This document shows positions 51,106-64,000 of a stretch of DNA of 64,000 bases, one piece after another; within the stretch, counting starts at the first letter, position 1; the number at the start of each line of letters is the position of its first letter. Made by a program: the position numbers and the translations under genes. Under the pieces are notes generated by a model. That model saw only the letters and a program-made list of their open reading frames with translations. It did not search any database and was not told the DNA's origin. This DNA is from Octopus sinensis (Eukaryota): contig NC_043011.1 of the NCBI RefSeq assembly GCF_006345805.1, positions 13,218,464 through 13,282,463 on the forward strand. The letters run 5' to 3'.

Positions 51106-51940
51106 TTGTTTTAACTAAAACGTTTGTGTTAATGCTAGCGTAGAAATATAAATGTAAGTCAGAAGTAGATATGGGACTCTTCTGTTGCATTTGATCTCGC
51201 TTATGTTGACTATGCATGCACTCCATGCAGTAAAGTCGATAGGAATGGCATCCTGCCATAAAAGCTATGCTAAAAGAAGGTAAAGAAATGGAGATGTGAA
51301 CTATGCAAGCCTCAGTAACTCTGGATAAAAACTTATAGAGTGGAAGAGACTTTTCAGTTCTGCAGCAAACTGCCTGTCTAGCGCTGGAGGTACAATAAAA
51401 TACATTCAATCTATATTATAAGATGGTTGATGATAGAAAGGGCATCGAGATATTAAGAAAGCATGATAACAAAGATTAGTGACAATCTCTGCTGTCTATG
51501 CTAGATGATGAAGGAACAAGATGTGAAACCCAACCAGTTCTTACCAACATGGAAATATAAATATTAAATGGTAATTATATAGGCGCAGGAGTGGCTGTGT
51601 GGTAAGTAGCTTACTTAACAATCACATGGTTCTGGTTCAGTCCCACTGTGTGGAACTTTGGGCAAGTGTCTTCTACTATAGCCTTGTGAGTGGATTTGGT
51701 AGACGGAAACGGAAAGAAGCCCATCGTGTATATGTATATATATATGTGTGTGTGTTTGTCCCCCCAACATCGCTTGACAATCGATGCTGATGTGTTTACG
51801 TCCCCGTAACTTAGCGGTTCGGCAAAAGAGGCTGATAGAATAAGTCCTGGGGTCGATTTGTTCGACTAAAGGTGGTGCTCCAGCATGGCCACAGTCAAAT
51901 GACTGAAACAAGTAAAAAGAGTAATATATATATATTCATA

Positions 51941-53543
51941 CATGCATACTTTGGCTTAAGTCGTTCTCAACTATATGTTGGTTTTCAAAAGTGATATATG
52001 GGAAAGTAAAAATCAAGTTAAGTCATTTTACTCAACTTTACATCTGTCCACCACAAATATTGGAATCATAAAATCATTTGAAAACCATTAAAAGCACATG
52101 AAATCATGTTACTGTACAATAAATAAGAATAAAAGCATATAAAATCATATTAAAATATGTACAGTAAATGTTAAGATACACACCATAAAGTAGTGTAGTT
52201 TAGTGAACGAAATCATGAAATCAGCTGTTGTCTTGTCAGTCTTTCAGAGCTTGTATTACACTGTAGTTCCAATATCTACCATTAAATGTCGTTGTCACTC
52301 GGGATTCCTGTGATTGTTTGGAATTCAGATTTGTTCATGTCTGTTTATCAGCTTCTTTCTCATTCATTTGTGACTTTATTTTTTGCCCCCATGCTTCCTA
52401 AGAAAATTCATAGCGAAAGTGCCAAGTGTCATGCTATAACGCTGGAAGATAAACTGGCTATGATAAAATGCCATGAAAAAGTGGGAGCATGTTGGGATGA
52501 GTCAGACAACTGTATCAATGATTGTACATAAGGACAGGATTTTAGCACGTATCAAATCTGAACGCTGTTGTCATCATCATCATCATCATCATCATTTAGC
52601 GTCCGTTTTCCATGCTAGCATGGGTTGGACGGTTCAACTGGGGTCTGGGGAGCCCGAAGGCTGCACCAGGCCAGTCAGATCTGGCAGTGTTTCTACAGCT
52701 GGATGCCCTTCCTAACGCCAACCACTCCGAGAGTGTAGTGGGTGATTTTATGTGCCACCGACACAGGTGCCAGACGAGGCTGGCGAACGGCCACACTCGG
52801 ATGGTGTTTTTATGTGCCACCGACACAGTTCGGTGGCACATAAGAGGCAAAATCTTTGAAGAAATCAAGTCTTCTTTCTCTTTGGATTGTTAGGTTGAAT
52901 TGTCAGCATGCTACTATTAAGAAATCATTCAAGAGAAAGTGTCTTTGAGGACCTGAAGAAAAAATATCCAGATGAGAAAGATGTAGAGTTCAAGGCAAGT
53001 CAAGGATGGTTCATGAGATTTAAGGAGCGAAGAAGTTATCACTCCATTAAGAAGCAAGGTGAAAGTGCATCAGCTGACGAACAAGCAGCAGCAGAATTTC
53101 TTAATGCATTAAAAAAAATCATCAAAGAAAACGGGTTTCTTCCTGAACAGATTTTTAATGTAGAAGAAACTGGGTTGTATTGGAAAAAATTGCCAGACCA
53201 TTCATTAATTTCCAAGGAGGAGAAAACTATTCCAGGCTACAAGGTCTCAAAAAAACGTGTCTTATTGCAAACTGCATTCATAAATAAAGTGTCTGCAATG
53301 TACGGTAAACACTGTCAAATTGTATTCATAAATTTAGATTACTTTTTTTTTTACTGTACTGTATTAAAAAATAAAAATGTAAGCTTGAAATAGGTTTTTA
53401 TTAGCCATGTATTATTGAAAATGCATTCATATATAAAGAACAGGACTGAGAATAGTTATTATCGGTTTAGCCTAGAGACTTGTTAATTCAACTTAAGTCG
53501 TGTCTACTGGAACCAATTAACAGTGTAAGGTGAGGTATGCCTG
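51941..53543 (+). mobile_element. Defective Tigger/pogo DNA transposon interrupted by an RTE tail
   Basis: Right end GAGGTATGCCTG|TA (reverse complement of the Tigger TIR CAGGCATACCTC); left end TA|CATGCATACT degenerate; AITLEDKL, FKASQGWFMRFKER, PEQIFNVEETGLYWKKLP. Confidence 0.85.
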
Positions 53544-54773
53544 TATATACATATGCTGGCTCCCAGCCGTTGCCAGTGCCGCTGGACTGACTCCTGTGCA
53601 GGTAGCAAGTAAAGAAACACCATTTCGACCCTGTGCTTGAGGGGACCTATTGAGTCAAGTACATCAACATCAAAAATCAATGGAAATTGTAGTTGTTATC
53701 CCTGCGCCGGTGGAACGTAAAAAGCACCAATCCGATCGTGGCCATTGCCAGACTCGCCTGGCACGTAAAAAGCACCCACTACACTCATGGAGTGGTTGGC
53801 GTTAGGAAGGGCATCCAGCTGTAGAAACACTGCCAGATCAGACTGGAGCCTGGTGCAGTCTTCTGGCCTCCCAGACCCGTCGAACCGTCCAACCCATGCT
53901 AGCATGGAGAACGGACGTTAAACGATGATGATGATGACATGCACACACACATATGCATAAATTTTATATCCTTTTAATATAACCCTCATATAACACTGTG
54001 TATAAAACAGCTGACCTCTTAGTGCATTGTGTTTATATCATATGTACATAAAGATATGTTGAGGTTGAAACCAACTACAGATTTCGTATATGATTACTTA
54101 ACCTACAAGAAATTGCTGTCAAATTTCCCTCAAATCACATCCCAACATCTCAGAAAAAGACGTTGGAAAAAGGTAAGATGGTCACGACTGAACTGCTTTT
54201 CTTCGTAGATCCATTCAGTCTGGTTAATATGAAGTTAAACAACCTGGAATTCATATATTTTTCATCCTCGTAAAGCTATAGGGATACATTAGTGGGGTAT
54301 TTTTTGTCTTTAAATAGCTACAGTCTCTCTAGTCAATAATTGTATTCATATTGTTAATTTAGGTGTACTTTCATTGGAAACATTTCAGAACATTAAATTA
54401 ATGTCATAAGAATATTCTTATGAAACAGTACTTCCTTTATACATACTCTGAAGAATCAACAACAAAAGTATTTTTTCATTAAAAGCTTACTTAATTCTGC
54501 TTGTTTTGTCAAACAAGCAGAACTTAAAATTTAAAGATAGAGAATGTTAATTTATAAATGGTAGGAAAAGGAACATTTATAAACAACACAGGCGCAGGAG
54601 TGGCTGTGTGGTAAGTAGCTTGCTTACCAACCACATGGTTCCGGGTTCATTCCCACTGCATGGCACCTTGGGCAAGTGTCTTCTACTATAGCCTTGGGCC
54701 AACCAATGCCTTGCGAGTGGATTTGGTAGACGGAAACTGAATGAAGCCTGTCGTGTATATGTATATATATATA

Positions 54774-55096
54774 TCAGGTCATCCCATAAGTTCTGTCCGA
54801 TTTTACCTTTTTTAAAATTGAATAAAATTTAATAGTATTTTAGAATGTCTAATGGAATTTAAAATTATTTTTATGCATTTGTCTACATTTAAACTATTTA
54901 AACTGGCATTTCAGAGTTCTTTGCTTTGAAACCAAAAGAGTTTTACATTGATGGGATTAAAATGCTTGTAAGTAGATGGAAGGAAGTGATAGATAATCAG
55001 GGAAAGTACATTGATGATTAAATTTCAATTAAATATAAAATTTGATCACTTGTTTTCTTTATTAAAAATTCGAACAGAACTTATGGGATGACCTGA
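54774..55096 (+). mobile_element. Internally deleted mariner (323 bp) inside a family A SINE
   Basis: TIR TCAGGTCATCCCATAAGTTCTGT, TA TSD, encodes KPKEFYIDGIKMLVSRWKEVIDNQGKYIDD*. Confidence 0.9.
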
Positions 55097-57831
55097 TATG
55101 TGTGTCTGTGTTTGTCCCTCCAACATCGCTTGACAACTGATGGTAGTGTGTTTACGTCCCCATAACTTCACGGTTCGGCAAAAGAGACCAATAGAATAAG
55201 TACTAGACTTCCAAAGAATAAGTCCTGGGGTCGATTTGCTCGACTAAAGGCAGTGCTCCAGTATGGCCACAGTCTAATGACTGAAACAAGTAAAAGAGTA
55301 AATGTAATTTGTTTTGTGTTTGTAAATTTTCTCTTTTATTCATGTTTTCCTACATTTCACTTAACAGGTTGTGATCTTGTGATGTAATGATATCTTGTTT
55401 AAATAGTTTCCATTTCAAAATATCTGCTCTTCTCTCAATAGTTCATTTATAACATTTTAGTCTTCTCTCAGACAACACAATGTTTATGGCTTTTAAAACA
55501 TTATTCATCTTTTCATCATTGTTTCACTGGTCAAAAAAGATAATTTTACAAGTCCTACATTTATAAATACCATTTTTCAAAGCTATTTTTTGTCACTGTC
55601 TCATCATTAATCTATATTTTACCTGATTTGTGTTAGATTCCAAGAGTACGGGACCCAGTTAAATACTTTATTTACATTGGTAAATTAAAAATAAACCTGT
55701 ATGGCCTTGGTTAAGAATTTCTTGTCCGGTTTAGAGCTTTAGTTTTTTTCCAAATCCTGGCATATAACTTAAACCATAAGCACTAACATGAATTTAATTC
55801 ATTAACATAAAGCATTTCAAAGTTTTCTTTTACCATTCATCTGTCTTACCTTTTGTATTACTTGATGCTCTGTACATTCATCATCATCATCATCGTTTAA
55901 CGTCCGTTTTCCATGCTAGCATGGGCTGGGCGGTTCAACTGGGGTCTGGGAAGCCAGAAGGCTGCGCCAGGTCCAGTCTGATCTGGCAATGTTTCTACAG
56001 CTGGATGCCCTTCCTAACGCCAACCACTCCGTGAGTGTAGTGGGTGCTTTTTACATGCCACCTGCACAGACGCCAGATGAGGCTGGCAAACGGCCACGAT
56101 CGGATGATGCTTTTTACGTGCTACCGGCACAGGGGCCAGACGAGGCTGGCAACAGCCACAATCGGATGGTGCTCTTTATGTGCCACCGGCACGGAGGCCA
56201 GTCGGGGCGGCGCTGGCAACAGCCACGTTCGGACGGTTCTCTTACGTGCCACCGGCACTGGTATCACAGCTACAATTTCCATTGATGTTGATCGACTTCA
56301 ATTTCACTTGCCTCAACTGGTCTTCACAAGTAGAGTTTGTGTCACAAGAAGGAAAGGTATGCATAAGTGGACTGGCTACATCCCAGGTTATGGTCTCACT
56401 TGTCCTGCTGGGTCTTCCCACGCACAGCATACTTCCAAAGGTCTCGGTCTCTGGTCATTTCCTCGGTGAGACCTAAAGTTCGAAGGTCGTGCTTCACCAC
56501 CTCGTCCCAGGTTTTCCTGGGTCTACCTCTTCCACAGGTTCCCTCAACATTCAGGTTAAGAAAAAAAATACTGGTATTTTCAGTTTCTCTGAAGCTAATT
56601 CTGAGGAACCTATAACTTTCTATGTTTTATATCAAATTGCTTTACTGACTTCTATTGCTGCTGGCCTCTCAGCTGGTTCCAAGAAAGACCTGTTATTTAA
56701 TACCATTCATTCAGTAACTGCCTTTAACTGCCACAGGAGTGGCTGTGTGGTAAGTAGCTTGTCTACCAACCACATGGTTCCGGGTTCAGTCCCACTGCGT
56801 GGCACCTTGGGTAAGTGTCTTCTACTATAGCCTCGGGCCGACCAATGCCTTGTGAGTGGATTTGGTAGACAGAAACTGTAAGAAGCCCGTCGTATATATG
56901 TATATATATATATGCGTGTGTGTGTTTGTGTGTCTGTGTTTGTTCCCCTAGCATTGCTTGACAACCGATGCTGGTGTGTTTATGTCCCCGTCACTTAGCG
57001 GTTCGGCAAAAGAGACCGATAGAATAAATACTGGGCTTACAAAAGAATAAGTCCCGGGGTCGAGTTGCTCGATTAAAGGCGGTGCTCCAGCATGGCCGCA
57101 GTCAAATGACTGAAACAAGTAAAAGAGAGAGTAAAGAGTTATGACATTTCAATGCCTATTTCCTTTGATTATCATTGAGGGTAAGTGTGCCTGAACTGAG
57201 CAGATTTGCCTTTAATGATATTCTTCTTCACACAAATATAACACTGTCTTGTTATTAGAAATGCTTCATGCCATTCATTCTCTCAGCACAAAGTATTAAC
57301 CAACATCTTGTTCTCTCTTCCCTTGGGAGGGGAACCTAGTTTAGTTTCAACAAAGCCTTTCAAGCATTTCCTATTACTTATTTATGCCACCATTCCATAA
57401 TAATTCTCTAGCTTGTTTCATCCGGAGAATGGTAGTTTGTAAAAACATTTGTTATTGTTTAATTTAGCCCCGATCTAACATATCTATGCTTAAAGGCATT
57501 CTAGCCATAGTGTATCTAAATCCACATTATTATGATAGGAATGAAATTTAGCTGCTATTTCTAGCAGGTTGAGCAACCACAGAGAGAGTTCTTCATTGGC
57601 TCGAAGGACATTCAGTTGACTACTCTGTTATAAAAATGCATCTTATGATATGGATAAATATCTATTGTTATTTGAAAATTGTCTTTTAATGAACCATCTT
57701 TCAACCCCTATGTCCATGCCTCTTTGCTGTAACTCCTACCCCAACCCTTTTTTCTTCTAATTTCTAACTTAAATTAACATTGGTTAGATATTTCTGTAAA
57801 TTCAGAAACTCGCTATATCTGAAGATATTTG

Positions 57832-58251
57832 GGATCTTTTCGGTTTCAACGGCAGTTTTTAACATAATTTCTAGGTAACTGAAAAAATTTAAAACTTCGT
57901 ATACTGGTAGAATGTGTTTATAAAACATCTTTTTCTCTTGGCTTTATTGAGAAAATTCTACAGTTTGTAAGATATTTGTTGTTTTTTTTCTTCAATTTCT
58001 GCAATTTCAACCAATCAATGCTGTCCATTGAGGTAAAAAAAACATTCTGTGCCGTATGAATATGTCCCTCGTTTAAGAAACAGATTGGGTTTATTTACAT
58101 TTCTGAAGAAAAAAAGATACCCTTCCCCCCACCCCTAACCCTAACCCTAAAATAGATTGAAATGCAATAGATCGATACTAGGGTCATAATTATGGGTGAC
58201 AATTTCATATGACATCGCTAGAAAAAAATGCCATTCAAACCGAAAAGATCT
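57832..58251 (+). mobile_element. GGATC MITE
   Basis: TIRs; 8-bp TSD GATATTTG. Confidence 0.95.
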
Positions 58252-58825
58252 GATATTTGCAATTTATTCTAGAGATGGATACCATCCCTAAAGACCAAGC
58301 ACGTGTTCAGAGGAGATGAATTAATATAATTTCAAGTTAAAATAAAGAGTAACAGATTACTAAATTGTGAGAATACACCAAGACTACTTGCTGTTGCCAT
58401 TGATCAATTCTTTTACCTGTAACAGAAACTCAGTCACACAGTAAAGAACATGGTACTGGCTTAGTAGGTTAGTTTAGATAAGAGGAAGAATAAATACAGT
58501 TAAGAGATAAATCATTGAAGAGAAATGCGGAGCAGATAAAACAGGGGACAACTGATGAAGGGATTGTTTTTTTTTTTATGTTGCCTGTCTCGTTTCTCTG
58601 TTTGTTTGAGAAAACGTTTGTTTTCCATGTTTTTGTTTTATGTTCTCGTTTTTCATTTTCTTCACATTTTTTGACATCCTTTACCCATATATGCATGTAT
58701 ATATACATATATATATCCTACAGTACATTGGATAAAATGATATCCCGTAGTGGGTTACACACATAACCCCTATCTTACTTTATACTATATACATACATAT
58801 ATATATATAGTTATGTACATATATG

Positions 58826-58861
<36 letters not shown>

Positions 58862-59298
58862 CATAGATATATATATATATATTATATATATATATATGTA
58901 TATATATTATATATATATATATATGTATATATAATATATATATATTATATATGTATATATATATATATATTATATATATATATATAGGTATATATATATA
59001 TATATATATATCATCATCATCATCATCATCGTTTAACGTCCGTTCTCCATGCTAGCATGGGTTGGACGGTTCGACCGGGGTTCTGGGAAGCCAGAAGGCT
59101 GCACCAGGCTCCAGTCTAATTTGGCAATGTTTCTACAGCTGGATGCCCTTCCTAACGCCAACCACTCCGTGAGTGTAGTGGGTGCTTTTTACGTGCCACC
59201 TGCACAGGTGCCAGGCGGGGCTGGCAACGGCCACGGTCAGATTGGTGTATTTTATGTGCCACCGGCACGGAAGCCAGTCGAGGCGGTGCTGGCATCGG

Positions 59299-59846
59299 CC
59301 ACGAGTCGGATAGTGCTTTTTACGTACCACCAGACCAGGGATCCTGGCTGGTTCATTCGATTTCGATTTCGCTTGCCCCAACATGTCTTCACAAGCAAAG
59401 GGGGTTGGCAAGGGTGCCTGTCGTACGGTCGCATTGGAGTATTTTACGTGCCACGGCCACGAGTCGGATAGTGCTTTACGTACCACCAGACCAGGGATAC
59501 TGGCTGGTTCAATTCGATTTCGATTTCGCTTGCCCCAACATGTCTTCACAAGCAAAGGGGGTTGGCAAGGGTGCCTGTCGTACGGTCGCATTGGAGTATT
59601 TTACGTGCCACGGCCACGAGTCGGATAGAGCTTTACGTACCACCAGACCAGGGATCCTGGCTGGTTCATTCGATTTCGATTTCGCTTGCCCCAACATGTC
59701 TTCACAAGCAAAGGGGGTTGGCATGGGTGCCTGTCGTACGGTCGCATTGGAGTATTTTACGTGCCACGGCCCCGAGTCGGATAGTGCTTTTTACGTACCA
59801 CCAGGCCAGGGATCCTGGCTGGTTCAATTCGGTTTCGATTTCGATT
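59299..59846. repeat. ~157-bp minisatellite, ~3.5 copies, grown from an RTE 3' UTR
   Basis: Units start at 59299, 59457, 59614 and 59770. Confidence 0.92.
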
Positions 59847-59982
59847 TCGATTTCGATATATATGTATATATTATATATATATATATATGTAGATATATAT
59901 ATATATATGTATATATATATTATATATTATATATATATATATGTATAATATATATATATTATATATATATAATATATATATG

Positions 59983-60046
<64 letters not shown>

Positions 60047-60077
60047 GTATATATATAGATATATATATATATATATG

Positions 60078-60120
<43 letters not shown>

Positions 60121-60195
60121 ATATATAATATATATATATGTATATATATATATAGATATATATATATATATATAGGTATATATATATATATATAT

Positions 60196-60241
<46 letters not shown>

Positions 60242-60252
60242 TATATATATAT

Positions 60253-60331
<79 letters not shown>

Positions 60332-60379
60332 CGTTTAACGTCCGCTTAAACGATATATATACATATATCTATCTATCAA

Positions 60380-60410
<31 letters not shown>
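59847..60410. repeat. Long imperfect (TA)n microsatellite. Others at ~27395-27490, 32478-32700, 32920-33030, 33320-33395, 42340-42415, 58790-59010
   Basis: Visible directly in the sequence. Confidence 0.95.
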
Positions 60411-60411
<1 letters not shown>

Positions 60412-60508
60412 AGTACAGCAAAACAATTTAGATTCAAATGAATATGGTACTTAATTTAGATGCACAAGAATTTTTTATGGTATTACCCATAAAATTATGT
60501 GGGGTGAT

Positions 60509-60734
60509 TATAACCAAAAAATAAGCAACAAGAATGGATCCGGTAATTTAGTACAATTGTTTCATACTATAACAATTTATTAAAGCTGCAAATATTACAG
60601 CAAATATAATATGTCAAGTAATCTTCAGCTAATTTCATATAGGTTTTATGTAATATTTGCAGCTTTAATAAATTGTTATAGTATGAAACAATTGTACTAA
60701 ATTACCGGATCCATTCTTGTTGCTTATTTTTGGG

Positions 60735-60739
<5 letters not shown>
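60509..60739. repeat. Foldback/MITE with ~91-bp arms
   Basis: Arms 60509-60599 and 60649-60739; TA flanks. Confidence 0.85.
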
Positions 60740-60771
<32 letters not shown>

Positions 60772-61021
60772 TCTATATCTATATATATATATACATATAT
60801 ATTATTTATATTATTATATGATCAAACACCACGCATCCATTTCCAAGTAAGTTTTATCTCAATAATTCTGATACGCACTCCACAACTATCTCTATTCTCC
60901 CCCTATTATTCTTCTTTCTTTCTAATTTTCTTCTCCTCCCCCTTCACCATTCCCTTTCTCTCCCTCACTCTTCCTCCTTGACACTCTCGTTGCTCACACA
61001 TGATCAGCGGCAGCCTTTCTG

Positions 61022-61473
61022 CAAGTATAAGGAAAGGAGAAATTGTAAGTGTAGACAAACTTTAATTCAGTTCATAATCCAAGTTGGTACCGAACCAATA
61101 TACATTCTACAAATTGTTTCGGAGTCTAATTAATTCCAAGACCAAAAACGAAAAACACTTCATGAAATAGAAATTAGATTCCTCATCCATCAGGAATTAC
61201 ATACTGGTATGAATAGTTATGACCAATAAAATATACAAAGACCTTTTGTGTCTCAGCTATGAAAGATTTTCGTTGGTCATAATCATTCATACCAGTATAG
61301 AATTCCTGATGAGGAATCTAATTTTTATTTCATGAAGTGTTTTTCGTTTTTGTTCTTGGAATTAATTAGACTCCGAAACAATTTGTAGAATGTATATTGG
61401 TTCGGTACCAATTTGGATTATGGACTGAATTAAAGTTCGTCTACGCTTACAATTTCTCCTTTCCTTATACTTG
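61022..61473. mobile_element. 452-bp foldback element with ~200-bp TIRs and 3-bp TSD
   Basis: Arms 61022-61226 and 61273-61473; CA...TG ends; CTG on both flanks. Confidence 0.85.
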
Positions 61474-61582
61474 CTGTTTTTGCAAATACTGAATATATAT
61501 TTTCATGTATATTCTTTACTTGGACTGTATCGGCAGACACTTGGATGTTTAACATCCCTTTGAAGGATTTCAAACCTCACCT

Positions 61583-61624
<42 letters not shown>

Positions 61625-61693
61625 TACATACATATAAATACATAGACATATATACATACATGGATAATTATATATACATACATATATGCATGC

Positions 61694-61724
<31 letters not shown>

Positions 61725-63562
61725 CATACACATACATTTATATATATATGTATGTGTATGTATGTATATATATATGTATGTATATATATATGTATGTATA
61801 TATATGTATGCATCAGATGCCATGATGGTTCTGAGGTGTAGGTACAGGAGGTGGTCACACTCTGCATGAGGAGTAGACAACCACCACATATATATATATA
61901 TATATATGTATGTATGTCATCATCGTTTAACGTCCGTTCTCCATGCTGGCATGGGTTGGATGGTTCGACCGGGATCTGGGAAGCCACAAGGCTGCACCAG
62001 GCTCCAGTCTGATCTGGCAGTGTTTCTACAGCTGAATGCCCTTCTTAACGCCAACCACTCTGTGAGTGTAGTGGGTGCTTTTTATGTGCCAGGCAAGGCT
62101 GGCAATGGCCATGATCGAATTGGTGCTTTTTATGTGCCACCGGCACGGAAGCCAGTCAAGGCGGTGCTGGCATCGGCCACGTTCGGATGGTGCTTTTTAT
62201 GTGCCACCGGCACGGAAGCCCGTCAAGGCAGCACTGGCATCGGCCACGTTCGGATGGTGCTTTTTACATGCCACTGGCATCTAAGGGATTGATGTATCCG
62301 TAGGCACTCCTGGTGTATTACCTCACTATGTATGTCCTAGCTATAAGGTATACAGTAGTAGGTAATTTAAAGGTAAAACTGTGGTTCAATATATATGGAA
62401 AAAGAAAAGAAATGGAACAATAATGAACAATGAGAAGTTGATCATTGGTATTAAAAAGTCATTATTTAATTGTAGTTTGGAACCATTTACAGCTGTTTCT
62501 GTTTATCAAATCAGAGAACCTTGTTACATTTAACAAACATTTTCAGAATGATTTTAAAGGGTAATGAAAGGAAAAGAAAAAGAAAAAGGGAAAAAAGTTT
62601 GGGAAGTCTTTAGGCTTACATTTTAGTAACTTGTTGGGCTCCATGTATTTGTAGTTTCCTCCATTAGATGCATAGGGCAGTATGTGGGGACACTTAAGTA
62701 CATATATGTGTGTGTGTGTGTATGTATGTATAATATATGTATATTATATATATATATATATATATATTATAAATATATTATATGTATATACATTATTTAC
62801 ATTTGACAGATATTTGTCCTGATCTTGTTTGTTGCTAACACCAAACAAGATGAGGACAAATGTAAATAAAGAACAATTACAACTTTTCACCCTTATTATT
62901 TATTTTTAAATAACCATGTTCTCTAACTGGCAAAATTCACTGCAGAATTATTTCCGGTATTTTGGCACGCCAAAATGAAGACTTTTGAAATATAACCTCA
63001 AATGTAATTGGTAGAACTCTATGCATGTCCAATCTCATGCGGACATCTCGTGTATAGTTCTGCAAACTATATTTTGCTATGACAATTACACTGATGAATT
63101 GCGGACATTTACGTAAGTATTATGTAAGTGGTAACAATGAAACCGGGTTTGTGATTAATCTTTATATTTTGTATCTTTTCATTTGTCTTGCTTGCTTACA
63201 TTCTGGCGTTTGCTGAATTTTCTTGAGAATAATATTTTCTTAGTGGTCAGACAATATGGGGTCTACCTCTAGAATAATGGATGTCCACTTAGTGGTCATC
63301 CCTCTTATATGTATATGTGTATATGTATATATATATTTATATATAGTCATACGATATAGTGTATATTTAAACACATAAGAAATCCACTTATAGGGATTCC
63401 TTATGTGTTTAAACATACACTATATCGTATGACTAATATATAGTCTTTTTGACTAATTTTTTTTACATGTTAGACCACTAGAAATGTAAATTTTAATTAA
63501 TTTCCATTTCCCTTTGATATAATTAAATACTATATTTATATATATATGTAGATCTATTTATA

Positions 63563-64000
63563 CTAGTCTGATCAATAAGTATCCGGACAGTTGCCATAAT
63601 AATGCAGTGAAAAGCACACAGAGTGAAGCTGCTTGGCACAGATTGACCTTGAAATCTGCTGTGTATGCGCACTAGGTTTTAACATTCTAGCTCACTTCTG
63701 CTGTTTACGGCAGTGCTTGGAAGGAAGGTGTGTAGCGTGTGATCATCACAATGACCATGACAGTGAAAGCTGAGCAGAGAATCTACATGAAATTTTATGA
63801 AAAACTTGGTTATACCAGCTCAGAGACCTACGCAAACATTTCAAAAAGTTTTCTTCATTCCCAACACAATCAAGATCTTATGCAACTGAAATCCAAGCTG
63901 AAAGTGGTTGTGGCACTGAAATCTTCAGTGATAATGGACTGAACTGAACCGTAACAAATCTGCATATCCTCTGATAATTCATGGATGGTCATTTAATAAT
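63563..64000 (+). mobile_element. 5' part of a decayed mariner, running off the window
   Basis: TA|CTAGTCTGATCAATAAGTATCCGGAC end; EQRIYMKFYEKLGYTSSETY resembles the mariner EQR..IKF...LG....ET motif. Confidence 0.65.

Noticed and set aside
58384-58416. Possible minus-strand terminal exon (TTACAG|VKELINGNSK*)
   Set aside because: Only 10 codons, a moderate acceptor, no partner exon found in the window, and no recognisable homology.

Overview
Eukaryotic, AT-rich, transposon-dense DNA. The SINE and LINE families suggest an octopus (coleoid cephalopod); this is inferred, not verified. Two host genes lie head-to-head. Rab8 is on the minus strand with coding exons 1-3 at 22416-22539, 7909-7969 and 1606-1666; the rest of the gene lies left of the window. 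A Gemin8 orthologue is on the plus strand with three coding exons (46599-47040, 48203-48262, 49001-49209; 236 aa). The remainder is mostly repeats: a ~410-bp MITE family with GG...CC 29-bp TIRs and 8-bp TSDs (9 full copies plus 1 partial; Merlin-like or hAT), mariner and Tigger relics, RTE, CR1/L2-group and L1/Tx1 LINE fragments, two tRNA-derived SINE families, Ty3/Gypsy LTR relics primed by tRNA-Trp, two non-autonomous Helitrons, several foldback elements, and a 3-kb purine-pyrimidine alternating array that produces the spurious 1000-aa ORFs. The most unusual signals are: (1) a 40-bp-periodic array of primer-binding sites with unique spacers behind one LTR; (2) a PBS complementary to ~32 nt of tRNA-Trp behind another LTR; (3) a SINE/LINE shared 3' tail with a covarying hairpin; (4) an RTE LINE ending in three C2H2 zinc fingers; (5) an inverted duplication inside a Tx1 element. 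All alignments and counts were done by eye; no database search was run.
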